Shown here: positions 1 through 13,035 of the stretch, one piece after another
How the letters are laid out: each line of letters begins with the position of its first letter
How positions within the stretch are numbered: the first letter of the stretch is position 1
NCBI GenBank assembly: GCA_976226885.1
Contig: OZ320313.1
Location: forward strand, 56,544,001-56,608,000
Length of the DNA stretch: 64,000 bases
Direction of reading: 5' to 3'
Origin: Iphione sp. A-MEVVRFRX5
Taxonomy: Eukaryota
Made by a program: the position numbers and the translations under genes
The notes under the pieces: model-generated
What the model was told of the DNA's origin: nothing
What the model saw: the letters and a program-made list of their open reading frames with translations, nothing else
Database searches by the model: none

Positions 1-1390
1 ACCATCGAGGATTCTCAAGGCAATTTTCCTCCATTGCCCAGATTTTCTATCATGGATCTATACTAGAATCCTAGAAACTAGGAAATTTCCTGACCCCTGG
101 AAGGCGACAAGATTCACCCCTGTCTATAAGAAAGGGGAGACATCTGAACTGGAAAACTACTGACCGGTCTTGATCTTGCCCCTTCCTGTGAAAATCTGTA
201 AATTTTGGTTCGTTGGACAACTAGCAAAGGTGATCCAGAGCAGAAAAGCCCTCTCGGACAGCCAGTATGGCTTCTGACCGAATGGTGGTACAATACAAGT
301 ACCTTGAACGAAGCATTACTACTGTCAAACTGCAAGTACTACTCATGCCTCCTTGCCTTCAGTAAGAAGAAGGCTTTAGACTTGGTCCTCCATAACACCA
401 TCCTGAGCCGACTGGCCAACTTGGGGGCAGGTCTGATGAAAAGGAGGCTAGTAAGCTCCTATTTAAAGAATAGGGGGCATTTCATAAGATGTGGAGGTAA
501 TGACTCCAAGATCCTCCCATTCATGCAAGGGGTCCCCCAAGAGTCCATCTTTGGGCCCCTGCATTCCACATCATGATCGACACCATCCCTACCTGCCCAC
601 ACAATGGATGCACTGCAACCATGTATGCAGACAGTTGGACTGTCCTTGTGGGTGCATCTAACCTCCTCCACCTGTGGTGGATGGCCATAGAGGCTCTTCG
701 CAGCGTCTCTGGGTGTTGTATCTCTGAGGGCATTTTGCTGATCGCTGGCAAATACAGCTACTGCACTATCGGTAGTGCAGCTGGGATCCCACTTGATCTC
801 CAGCTAGATGGCAAAGAGTTGGCTGTGAGTGATCCAACTCGTATCCTAGATTTTAGCCAAGACAGCAGACAAGGAATGAACGCTAAAATAAAATCAATGA
901 TGTTTCAAATCTGGGCGACTGCACGTAGGCTAGCCAGACAAAAGTACCTACTACCATTAGTTGTAAAAGCTTCATCATGGCCCATTACCACTATCAGGCA
1001 GTAACATGGTTAGGACTACCAGGTGGGGACATCACCAGGCTACAGGTGCATCTAAATAGATGCACATGGGTCAGCCTCCAGACCGACCTGCACCAACCGG
1101 TGAGCATCCTAATGAGAACAGTTGGTGTCTTGTGAGTGGGGGACCTCATAATGGCAAAGGGGCTTGTTGCAACCCACAAGTTGGTCAGGTAGGGGCTCCT
1201 CCCACTCTCCCTTCGGAGACGCACCACTCGTGAGCAAGGACCACAGGTGGCCCTACCACACCCAAGGTCAACAAGTTTCTCCAACTCGCTTAGATACAGA
1301 GGACCGAAACTGTGGAACAGTCTTCCACCTCATGTCAGGGACAGGGAGAATCTATCCCTGTCTCAAACATTGGAACTCAAATCTTGGTAG
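1..1390 (+). mobile_element. Decayed non-LTR retrotransposon (CR1/L2 group), RT and C-terminal part of ORF2
   Basis: Frame-shifted motifs in order: PDPWKATRFTPVYKKGETSELENY*P (about 90-165), KALDLVLHNTILSRL, QGVPQESIFGP, MYADS (YADD-like), and C-terminal SLRYRGPKLWNSLPPHVR (about 1285-1340). Confidence 0.85.
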
Positions 1391-3148
1391 TCGACAAGGG
1401 ATGGCCCCATGTTGCTACTTGTTGCTGTTGACCATTTCTAGGTGTGTGTCCTAAGGGGTAAGTCTACCTCAAACACTCACCCACACCCACACTATATGGG
1501 TCAGGGGCGAACTTCTCTCAACAACTAACCCACACTCTGGCAAATCACACTGTACTCCACCCTGTTATTCTCACTCCCTCCATCTAGTCCATGATCTCGG
1601 ACACTTTTTGATAACATCGGGGACATACATCGGGACATTCTTTTTGTGGACATAGCTGTCAGGATTGTCAGTGCACATCATAGCACCATCTCTTGTCAAA
1701 ACTTGTCATCATGTTGCCTGGTGTCAGTTTTCTACACACACCTGCTCAGACAGTGCGTACAAGGCCACCTGTATACAGAATAGATAGTTACATAGTACTA
1801 TGCATTATGTAAAGTTCTATGTATACTATAATTAGTATTATTACCTGTATACTGAATAAATAGTTACATAAAAGTGTCCCAGCTCATGGGCTATCATCAC
1901 CGCTCCAACCTACTGTCAGCTATCGAAATCTATGTGATATAATTCGATCAGTTGTTCTTATACATGTCTTCGCATGTAATAAGATGTTTATGACAATCTG
2001 TTGCCACTTCCAAGAAAGTTACCTAAATTGCTATGTAAATTTGACAGTAAATTTGACTGAAATCACAGGAACAAATGTAACTCACTCAGGTACTCGCTAT
2101 TATAATTTAACATAAGGTCACAATTTTCCACCTTTTATAATATGTAGAGTACCAATCAGGGAAGGCCATAGGCGATTATACCTTGACATTTACCACGGGC
2201 CGCATTGATGGATATCTGTGATTGAAACTACCACTGTAGTAGTTTCATGTAAGCTAATGCTCTGTCCATTATCCATACTCCAGCATCTTAAAGGGGACTC
2301 TACCAGCTGTGAACTATTGGGACGCCATCTGGTGTATTGCATCTGTACTGGGACTGCACCACTATGACGTTGCCCATTGTCAGAGATGGCATGTATGCGT
2401 ATGTTTGTGGTCATAGGCATACATCTGTTATATAGTCTTTTTTCACATGCTGGGCCCAAACTAAGAATTGTTGTCTCAAGACATGAATATCAAAGTTTGA
2501 TTTTTTGAATATTTTCTTAACCAACATCATAGTTAATTTGGCTAGGGAATTTTTTTGTGTGTGCAGTGAATTATAAATCACATAGGCATTAAACTTCATG
2601 ACCTCGAGGGTGTACCAGAATATTTTTAGAGTCTATTTGATTGTCTTACACTTGAAAGAATAATATGTTAAATATTGATCACCTCGATTGACTCCTTCCA
2701 TATAGGATGTATAATCTGAGATGGTTCTGGGACAAGACAACTTGGTTTTTGAATATTTTCCACTTTTCTTGTCTTTCATGGATCGTTGTACATGTACATA
2801 CCCAAGGTAGGAACTGTGTATTGTAGATAAAGCATGAACCACATGTCTAATTTCCCTTTTTTGAAAAGTACACTTTAACCTCTGTCTTTTTGAAGAATTT
2901 TAGGATTTTTAGTCATTATCTTCTTAGGAAGATGCTTATGATTTCTTCGAAGCATTCCACAACAATATGTTTTATGAGTCAGCATTTGGTTAATAATGAT
3001 ACAAAAGTATAGAAATTGTCCATGAATATATGGTATCCATGACCCAGCAGGTCAGTCACTTTCATTAATTTCATAACAACAAAATCTGACAAGGTCAATC
3101 CACTTAGAGGTTCCTTCTCACAGTAGGGTAGTGTTTGCAAGATATATC

Positions 3149-3269
3149 CTATGGGAACATAAAAAATTAATTATTTAGTACATTTCATAAGAGCTTAAAT
3201 AAAATAGTGGATGTCATATGATTTTTTGGGGGGAGAATTAGCTTACAATTATAAGGAAATTATATTCAC
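3149..3269 (-). other. Intron 2 in the piggyBac transposase (GTGAAT...TTCCCATAG, 121 nt)
   Basis: Removing it joins WVLAEAVT A|GA YILQ in frame, matching the conserved D/A-x-T-G-Y segment. The intron is AT-rich. Confidence 0.7.
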
Positions 3270-3520
3270 TTGTCACTGCCTCTGCCAGGACCCAACACTT
3301 TACCCCCCACTTGGAGGGTTTGTTGGGCATATATTACTTGCAGATTACCTTGCCCTTATAGCATACCATAACTTCATCTACTGAGAGTTGATGTTTGGGC
3401 TTGTAGATGGAAGAAATGATACCATTCATATGGTCCAATAGATATTTTACCTCCCACATTGGTTGGTAAGGCTGCCTGATACCATCAGCTGTATTCCTAT
3501 GATCATAGAAACACAGGCTC

Positions 3521-3635
3521 CTGAAAAAAAATTACATATGTACATGTAACATCTCATGAGAAGGGATATATTGAAGACAATAGCAATAAGAAAATCATAG
3601 ATTAGTATGAAAATGTATATCTAAATATATCCTAC
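3521..3635 (-). other. Intron 1 in the piggyBac transposase (GTAGGA...TTTTTTTCAG, 115 nt)
   Basis: Removing it joins CTG AG|G AGC and restores the conserved MARDRFLLFLRSLCFYD motif in frame. Confidence 0.8.
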
Positions 3636-4289
3636 CTCAGGAACAGCAGAAATCTGTCCCTAGCCATTACAAGAGGAAACAGAGGTGTCAGAAGGCAGAT
3701 GTCATTGCTCCAATAATCCTTGATTGTAGGTTTGGGAATCATACACATTTATCATTCCCAATGCCATGAAATTGCCAAAATCACGCAATGTGAAAGGCTT
3801 TAACTTGGGCCTCTTCTTTGCTTTACTGTTCTGAATTTTTCTCTGGGCATAGTCATTGGTCCATCCTAGAATTGTCTGCATGAAGCCAGTTGTCATCATC
3901 ACTGAGAAAATATCCAGCACTGAACTCTTCTCACATAGACCAGTTATCCCTCGGACCCCACTCTGAGTATCATCAAAAATGACACATACTCGATATCCAG
4001 GACTCTCTCCTTCAACCTGCCTCCATCCATCGTATTTTTCTCTGTCTTGGATCCTCTTGATATAGTCCTGGATACCCAGATCACCATCGCTGTCGCTGTC
4101 GGATCCACTCTGTTCTGAGTCCTTCCCTTCTATCAATTTGTTGACACCAGGAGGACACTTGCCATGGATACCTTGTGGTTCCCATAGCATCTTTAGAGGG
4201 CTTAATAGATCACTTTTATTTCACCCCAAAATCATTTACAGTAACATTATCACTAGCCAATAATAGTTCAATAATCTATAATACCCTAG

Positions 4290-4377
4290 GATGTATCTAA
4301 TTGGATACATTCATCTTTTATGTGGATGTATCTAATTAGATACATCTGTCTCTGTTTGGTGTATCTAATTAGATATA
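4290..4377. repeat. Three palindromic subterminal repeats (GATGTATCTAATTAGATACATC) at about 35-bp spacing
   Basis: Copies start at 4290, 4325 (perfect 22-bp palindrome) and about 4360, next to the TTAA end of the piggyBac. Confidence 0.85.
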
Positions 4378-4819
4378 ATCGTCCTGATAGGGTTAAGCGT
4401 TATGAGTAATTTGACTTCTTGGTGAAGCATTAATCGGTAACCCCTGCCCCCCTGGTATGGGGGTGGGATTTATATTATATTCTGGTTAACATTTAGTCAG
4501 AGTTAGGTGGATCGGACATTGAAGCAGTCGTTGAATAAAAGAAATGTAGCATACATAGCGGATATAAAAGCTAGGCGTCCTGAAACCAGGTTAGAATATC
4601 GCTCAAGCGAGAAAAATGTCAGGAAGGCCATTAGAGAAAAAGGGTTGCGACATTACAAGATAATAGAAGAAACCAAAAATGTACGTAGAGAATTCTGGGC
4701 AGGTTAAAAAGCGAGTTGCTCCTGGCAGCCTGCCGTATATTCATATTGGGCACCAACAGGTTGGACCACGACAAGTTTGGCCATAACATTCTATACAACA
4801 ACTCGTACAACAGGCAAGC

Positions 4820-7800
4820 ATGATTCATTTTAATCATGTCCCCTACAGCCGCCATTCTATACCACCATTCGCCAATACTCCCGGCTCTCTTCGAGCAGTG
4901 CCACAGACAGCACAGGTTCCTACAACGGTTGAATTACGGCGTGGTCCTGTCGTACAGCATTACATTGACAGTTACCTAGATGCGACAGCACCTTGGCTAT
5001 CCAACGTTCATCACTTGTCAAACGTGATTTTTGATATGCTAGAACGAAACCAAATAAGGTGGCAGGATTCTGACCCCATCAGTTAAGAGCGTTTTAGGGT
5101 TTTGCTGGCTACATCACAGGAACTTGAGGTAATTGATGTTACGTGCCCACAGTATAACTCCTCATCATGTAAGCCGAAGGGTGAGTCTCACTGGGAAAAC
5201 TCAATCAGGTTTGCCCACATCTCTTTGTTCTGCTTTGCCCTGAGTGGAGCCAGGCACGTGCACACAAAACAGGCATGCGGAAAGCGGGCCAAGGCACTGG
5301 GACAACAACACCCACAGGCGCAACTGCCAAAAACTCAACAGCTACCACCACATTTTCAGCATCAGCAACAAACGCATCATCAGATGAACACACCAAGGCA
5401 ACCTGCAAAAAAATGATAAGTGCCAGACTCACACGATAGCCAGGTAGGTCAAATCATCGTTAAAAATCACTCTGTTATAGGTGGGTCTGCAGGAGACAGT
5501 ACTTAACTCTTAAAACGTTGACATTGATTTTGAAGAAGTAAGAGTCAGACTCTGTAAATCGGAGGATAGAGATATCACCCCTGTTTGTTCATTTGATCAA
5601 CTAGCAAAACATAGGGTGGAATTTTGGCCTAGCCCAGTTAGAGACGTCCTCCCAGAAGGCCTATACATCTATACTGCAGCTGACGGTCGTCCTAATGAGG
5701 TAGGAGCAACAATCCCTCTCTGCAATACCATAAATGTTCAGGGTTGGCGGAAATACCCCGAGGGAGACAACTATGACCCAGAGTTGGTAGACTTATTAAC
5801 TTATGGCTTCCCTCTTAGGTATATGGGCCCTGAATTAGACACAAAATTTGTCCGTAACCCTCCATCTGCCTCACAGCATCCAGATACGATAGAGGCATAT
5901 ACCCAGAAGGATAACCTACTAGAAGCCGGTCCGTATAATACTCCAGCCTTTGCAGAGTGGTTTCATACCTCTCCTATTATGACAAGGCCTAAAGGACAGC
6001 CAAGTGAGCGCAGAGTTAGCAGGAATATGTCATTCCCCTACGAACACTCTGTAAATGCGCACATTGGTACAACTATCAGTAGTCTCTTCTCTAGCATCGG
6101 AAGTACTGAAGGCCATAAGCATTTGTGTACAGTTGATATTTCAAGGGCTTATAAGAACTTTCATACGTGCCTGCTCGATTGACCTATGCTGGGTTTTAAG
6201 TAGAACAACCAGTAGTATTTTGATACCTCTATCCCCTTTGGATCTCGCTGCGAACCATATGCAGAGTATGGCAGATGCTATTGTGAAAATCCTTTGGGGT
6301 CAAGGTGTCACTGCTTGACAACCAGCACGTAGGATCAGGTGGTTTGGTATTAACATTGATCTTGACAATATGTCTGTATCTATTCCCGCAGATCGTATAG
6401 CTGAGGTATTGTCGACAGTGCGGCATGTGTATGGGAGGCGCTCTGTTTCAAAGGATGATTATTAAACTCTCCTCGGCAAGCTGTTGCCCGCTGTGTTCCA
6501 CCAGCTCGCCTCTCTCTGGGGAGACTTCTACAATAGACCGATCGCCAGCCCGAAAGAAACGGGTAGTGGGGACGTAACTTTTACAAATTATTACGTCATG
6601 ATGCGGGGCGAGAGCGGCAGGCGCCAAGTGGCGATTTTATGAACTAATATGCACACCTTCAGTTTCTTGAATTAAGAATATTTTTCTTAAAATAAGAAAT
6701 ATTCTTAAGGGCGAGAGCGGCATGTGCCAAGTGGCGATTTTATGAACTAATATATGTACACCTTGGTGAATGAACCTCTCTTCNNNNNNNNNNNNNNNNN
6801 NNNNNNNNNNNNNNNNNNNNNNNNNNNNNNNNNNNNNNNNNNNNNNNNNNNNNNNNNNNNNNNNNNNNNNNNNNNNNNNNNNNNNNNNNNNNNNNNNNNN
6901 NNNNNNNNNNNNNNNNNNNNNNNNNNNNNNNNNNNNNNNNNNNNNNNNNNNNNNNNNNNNNNNNNNNNNNNNNNNNNNNNNNNNNNNNNNNNNNNNNNNN
7001 NNNNNNNNNNNCCCCTCCTTCTCTTGGTCCCTTCCCTCTCTCCCCCTTCTCTCCCCCTCCCTCCAACTTGGTTGGCAGCTAACTTCATCAAGGGTCAGTG
7101 TCCTTAATTTGGGACATTTTGTATAGAGAATAGAACTGAAAATACACATTTTTTGCTGTTATCTTGATGATCATAGATATGAAAATTTAAATGTAAATTT
7201 GACAAAAAATGTATGTCAGGTTTTAGACTTACAGCATAAAATGTGTCAAAAATGAATTGTGTGCTATTCAGCCTATTACAAAAATTTCTAGTTCTACACC
7301 TTTCAGGTCAGTTTGTGGAAACCTTATAACCATATATTTTTATGTTTTTATCTTGAACAATATATATATTTAAGGCTAAATATAATTTTTGACAGAAATT
7401 GTTTGTCAGGTTTTGAACTTATGACATGAATTGTCTCCAGAATGACTCCTTTTTTGCTCTTCTGCCATTGACTTCAATGGTAAGGGGAGCATCCCTTTGA
7501 TGATCACTGCTGGATAAATGAGTCTTGATACCCAACTTTTTTCCATATCTGAATTACAAATGGTGCATAGAATAAATCTGAGAAGTTATAAGAAAATTCC
7601 CTACTTAACGTGCGTGCTACCCGCTACTTCCACGTTCAGCATCAGCTCATTGCTCAAGAATGTCGACAGGCAGGTACGTCAAAATCAACAATGAAGGAAG
7701 GTTGGACCTTAAGTGGTTCGCACGTTATCTAGTTGACGGGTATGGTATCGCCATTTCTGTGGGACAGTGGGATTGAACATTCCTCCAGGCCTCTGCTGTT

Positions 7801-9060
7801 GGCCATGGACGCCGTCCGTAGAAATAAGGAGCAGGTGGTGATTCGCAAAAGAGTGCCATCTCCAGCTGACGTGAAAAGACTTCTGTATGCTACAGTTTCA
7901 AGAGTTCATGGGCTTATCATCCGCCTAGCAGTAATGTTGATGTTTTACGCAGGCTTTTGCCAGTCTGAATTGTACCCTAGGAGTAAGACTGCCTTTGATG
8001 TTCATAGACATCCCACTCAATTGCACATAAGACAGAAACTGTCTAAAAACCAACAGAGGTATGATCAGACTCGAACTGTGATTCTTCCTTTGTCATCAGA
8101 CCTTGTTCTCTGTTCTCTTACGACTTTTAACCTGTTTTTGCAGGTCTACAACCAAATCACGCCTCACCAGCCATTACTCACGTGACTGGACTCGACTGAA
8201 CCTGTTACGATGTTGTGGCTTATGAAAGCCGTGATAGACCTGTTGTTACCTTACATTTGGGTGCACGTTCCAATCCTCACTTTGAAAACTTTTAGAAGCA
8301 ATATGAATGAATGAATAAGGCCCGAGTTATAGCATGAGTTGAAGCATAGTGGATCCAAGCAATGAATCCAGGGAGTTTATTAAAACCTTATATACAGTAC
8401 AATGAGATATGAAGTAATGTGCAAAGTCATTGTGACATCATTATCTATAAAAATAACTAACTAGCTTATGTTTGAAGCTTGAGGGCATACATTGTCTACA
8501 CAGTGGAGAAATAAACTGACTGATCCACATGATGGGGTCAGTGTTGTTTATAAGAGTACAGGGATAATAACAACTTGCAAGAACACAGAATGATTGACTT
8601 AAAAGTAAAACTATTAATGAAAATAAATGATTAACAGTAAAGTAGCTAATATTGAACAAGGAAAACCCTCCCCACACTTAATGGACAGTCCCAACACTGT
8701 AGGAGTCCCCTCCCACCAGGAGTGATTGCTTCATTGATAACTAACTCAAAACAAAGCTACTCCATGTGAAAATCAAGGTATTGTACCAGCAATCAGCTGG
8801 GAACCAAAACAAAGTCTAGGAAATGTAAACATAGCATTTCAGAGCTCTTATGAGCATCAGACCATCACACTGTGTACACGTGCTGTAATCGACACCCAGG
8901 ACTTTCGTTGCATAGTTTGTGGAGGTCGGCTGTGACAACGGCCTACATGAGCAGCTGAGATGTCCAACAAGTCAAGAACTTCAGCACCTGGTCGTCAGAG
9001 GCATGTAACGTTTATATTTCAACCAATCCAGCAAGAGTCTCCAAGGTCTTAATGGACTCT
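4820..9060 (+). mobile_element. Decayed tyrosine-recombinase retrotransposon (Ngaro/DIRS group): gag-like, RT/RNaseH and YR; interrupted by insertions and a gap
   Basis: Gag-like Cys/His region (CPQYNSSSC...HISLFC...H...C, 5102-5416). RT motifs YGFPLRYMGP, NPPSA, GPYNTP, SPIMTRPK, SVN, DISRAYK, IPFG (5616-6250). YR N-part LMFYAGFCQSEL...FDVHRH...SKNQQ (7733-8185). YR C-part LHSLWRSAVTTAY...KNFSTWSSEACNVYI (about 8890-9020). Outer boundaries are approximate. Confidence 0.85.
6784..7011. other. Assembly gap (N run)
   Basis: Run of N. Confidence 1.
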
Positions 9061-9379
9061 TTAACATATTTTAATATGTTTTGGCATCTATTCTTATCAT
9101 ATCTTATCATATTTACTATCACTACATCTTCTATTTATATTATACAAAAGTCGCATTTATTCTAAGTGAAATACACTGTGATAACAGCCTGATGAATGTA
9201 ATAAATACCTTATATGATACCTTATATTGCCTTCCGCCTTGTTCTGTGATAACTAGAACAATGACAGTCCAATTCGTTTATAACCAGCCTTATCTAAATT
9301 GCTAGAAAAAAATAGCCCTTTCACATTTGATTAAAATTTATAGTTTCTTGACAATAAATGAATAACATCTGCTCAACAT

Positions 9380-10500
9380 GGTTTTCGACCCTGCCGTAGC
9401 CCCTTAAGGCCATTCATTGTCATGCAGATGAAAGTTACGAAGCACGGAACAATAACACTTTGCTTGGTGCAGTGTATGTTGACTGTCAAAAGGCCTTCGA
9501 TAGTGTTGATCACTGTATTCCCTTAGATAAATTGCAAAGATTAGGGATGAATCAAAATATAGATTGGTTTCATAGCTGTCCAAGCAATCGGCAAGTTCAA
9601 ACATATGCTAATGATGAACTAAGTGAAAAAGGAAGCACATGTATTAACTGTGGAGTCTCAAAAGAATCCACATTAGGGATGATTCTATTCAGTCTATTTA
9701 TCAATGATCTACCAGAAAGAAATGTAATTATTTATATTGCTGACGCTATGGTGTATGTTACTCGCAAGATTGTAACTGAGGTTGAAAGAAGACTGCAGAA
9801 AATGATAAATAAAATCATACTTTGGTTTCAGAAGAACGATATTGTCGTAAATGTTGAGAAAACTCAAGTTGCCTTATAATGTGCGAGGCATCTAGGGCAC
9901 GAAGAAAAATTAAAATGGTGTTATGTGGAGAACGACGTCTTGAACACGGTAAATAAGTATAAATACCTAGGGGTGAGACTGATAGCTGTCTTTCATTTCA
10001 TGATTTTCTAACAAATAAATTCAGCAGCATTAGTTGTAAATTATGGTAACAAACTTAGGGTGTCTACACCAAGAAACATGATAAAAATTATGATAAAAAC
10101 TTTGTAGTGCCTATTAGGGAATACGATTTGTCATGCTGTTATTCAAAGTTAACAATTTTCCAAAGAAATATCAACACATTTTCTTATAGAGCAAGTCTGT
10201 TGCTACAAGTAGATCGGAAGGAAGTATGTTTTAATTTGAATATACAAAGCCTATGTTTGAGAAGAGATACACATGCACTAGTAATACTGCGGTAATATCA
10301 GACATGACTTTGGGCAAGTAATTATGTGTGAGAGAGATCACATTTAGTAAAATACCCTAAAGCCAATATTGAAAAATACAGGTCTTCCATTTATATAACA
10401 GTATTGTAAGATGGAATAGATTAGCGTCAAATATTGTTCAAACTGAAATATTGTCAAGATTGCAACTTAGCTCGAAAGTACATTATAATGAGACAGATTG
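9380..10500 (+). mobile_element. Decayed LINE RT fragment (CR1/L2 group)
   Basis: VYVDCQKAFDSVDH, GVSKESTLGMILFSLFINDL, IYIADA, and downstream KYLGVRL. Many stops. Confidence 0.8.
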
Positions 10501-10649
10501 AAAATTTCAAAGTATCATGAGCGTACAGTGTACATATGTAACGTAGGTTACACAGGTGTAGCTGAATGATCACACTTGACTATTAATCTACCCTTGTCAG
10601 TTCTTGGTAAAGACCTGACTGAATAGTAGCTATTGAGATCTAGAGTAAT

Positions 10650-10990
10650 TGTTAAGAGCATGAACAAAGACAAAGGTACCGTGTCAAGCTGATGTGATTT
10701 TGATCAGTATGATTGGACAGTGCATCTTGGTTGATGAGAGGATCATTATCAGAGTGTTGAAAGTACACAAAATAAGTCTTGGTGATAGACCAGAGAAAAT
10801 TATAGTATGTTATTATACTATGGGATTATAAATCGTGTGTTGAGGTGATAGTCCCTTTAAATGAATATCAGTATTTTATTGTAGGGAGTGGATGTCAGAC
10901 TTTGAACATATCATATGCTGGGTCTATAAACTTGGTTCGGGTGATGGTCTCCTAAGTATGAACATGTATAGACCAAACCAGTACTGTCCC
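10650..10990 (-). mobile_element. Possible heavily decayed LINE AP-endonuclease fragment
   Basis: VYRP, GDY(H) and LSNH-like motifs in the right order but in different frames. Confidence 0.3.
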
Positions 10991-13035
10991 ATCATGCAGC
11001 TGTACATGGTATGCAACACTTCTGTTTCTAGGTCAAACAAAGGGTAGTCAAAGATGATTTTATGTGTATTTAAACTTTATCTCTACAACATTTTATAATC
11101 AATTAACAAAAGAAAAAAAGTTAAGAAGAAAATCAAAATCCTATAATAGGAGAATAGTGTAAGTATTCCCTAGGAGATCACTGGGTATTGTAGGAGTGTG
11201 GTGCTCCGTGTGTTTCTCTGAGGCCCTAGGGGCTATTTTTGCCTCAGACCTGGTATACCCTTGTAAGTGTGCTATTAGTTGCCGGTCTGTTAAAAAGGTT
11301 TTCCACCAGCGCCCACTAGCAATGCTGTTAACCCTGTTTACTCAGTTAACCAATTACTTGTCATTGTTACATAGTCAGAGTCATATTTATTATGATGTGC
11401 GTCTTTGATGTAATTGTTCTCATTATTTGTCTCACCAGTTACATACTATAATTACAAGATATTGCAAATAACATCCTGTATGTTAATGTTTGTTTGGGCC
11501 AAAGGTTTCTGTACATCGGTTACTTTTATCCATGTTCTTCAATCTTAACATCTCATTGTTATTCTTCTGTGTACCATTGAACTATGGATATCAGTCTCAA
11601 GAGACTTCACATTGTACTGCTCATTACTTTTCTCAATCTCAACATGTAATAATAAACATTGTCTGCCATTATCCTGCCTCACTCTTGCTTCTATCCAGTA
11701 GCCATAGTATTCTAATTTAAACAACAGACAATAAGCACATATTCCTTTGAGAATCTCAGACTTGCTATAATGAAACTAAGAAGCATTTAGATGTAAGCAC
11801 TTGATCTAAAAGTAGTCTCACCTATTTCTTATCATAATTCTGCCATATAAAATCTACTTTCAAATATGTAAACTTTTCAATCAAAGTCACAGTTATACAT
11901 AGGGTTTAGGTGCAACAGGAAGTAGTGCATACCAGGTGTAGCTCTGCATTGGTAGCGGTAATGAATAGGTGAATGCAAGAAGCGAGATTTTCATTGAGGT
12001 TTTGATGCTGGGAAAACTTGTTGCAATTTAAGCATTAAGTATGCTTTTCGTTTTATGGCTATAGTTACAATTGACAAGCAATTAATGAGATTCAATGGAA
12101 AACAATAGTCCATTGACCGTTTAAGCTGAACACAGCTATTGTGTTTCAAAAAGTGCAATGACAGAAAATGTACACTTATACTTATTATTGTATGTACTTA
12201 TCATCTTGCAATGTAATTGTGGTAATGTAGATAATCGTCTAGTATCTTCCACGTTAATTTTCATCCATTATTATCCAAAGATCTGAAATCATGTACTACC
12301 AGATTAGTATGTTAAAACTTTAGAAACAGAAATAATCAAATCAAACCAATCAGTCTGTGACTTTTCCTTTTTCCTAGAGAAATGAAAATAAGAATCTTTG
12401 TAATTTCTCACTAAAACGTAACGCCGATGTGAAAACAAATCTCAGCGGTCGTAAGGTCGTAATGTAAATCATTTGAACAAAATGTCTAGTTCATGACTAT
12501 TGTTTTATTTCTTTAATATAATATTTTACATCAAAATATACGTGTAATAATCTTTTACACAGGGAATCTGTTGCGGGTAAGCATTTTCCCTCCATTCTCT
12601 CTTCTTACGCCAGCTCTATTGCCTGAAGATCATAAATATACTTTCATATATGCCCGCGGTTGCTACGTATATCCTATAAGAGATTAATGCCACTTAGTCA
12701 TTCCCCCGCCTGAGTAAAAACATAACCTTATCCGAAATGCTTAAGTACCTCCATTACACTGACGCTACTAGCTGTTAGCAAGCAAAACGGAATTCAAAAC
12801 CTATTATGTAGCTAGATGACAAAAGGCTGCACTTCAAATGCACGACTACTTTCCCAGCGCTCCATGTAGAGGTATTTTAGTATTCCTTGTTGATTCATAA
12901 ACTTCGGAAGGAATTTTGATTTGGTGATAAACAAGACTCTCTGGGTTGATTTGTAGAATAACACAATATGCATGTATGTAACATGGTTGATCAACAGTAA
13001 TAAAACGGGTTAATCAGGTGGCCGTCCCATGATAA

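Larger units (their letters stand above)
2411..4392 (-). mobile_element. Decayed piggyBac transposon (PGBD4-like transposase pseudogene) with two introns
   Basis: Motifs in order: IKDYWS, MARDRFLLFLR/SLCFYD, LSVDEVMVCYKGK, YMPNKPSKWGVK, GYHIFMDNFYT, CGMLRRNHKHLP, ISDYTSYMEGVNRGDQ, NAYVIY. Several stops and frameshifts. One end reads GGG-TTAA (4390-4396); the other TIR was not found. Confidence 0.9.

Noticed and set aside
4290-4377. CRISPR-like look (palindromic repeats with short unique spacers)
   Set aside because: Only three copies, spacers of about 13 bp, eukaryotic context, no cas genes, and the repeats abut a piggyBac end.
6606-6764. Direct repeat of about 55 bp just before the gap
   Set aside because: Next to an N run; probably internal repeats of an inserted element or a contig-end artefact, and not interpretable.
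6637-7149. ORFs spanning the first N run (also 54471-54800 at the second)
   Set aside because: Open only because N codons contain no stops.
12812-12994. 60-aa minus-strand ORF downstream of the host gene
   Set aside because: No recognisable motif and no splice link to other exons.
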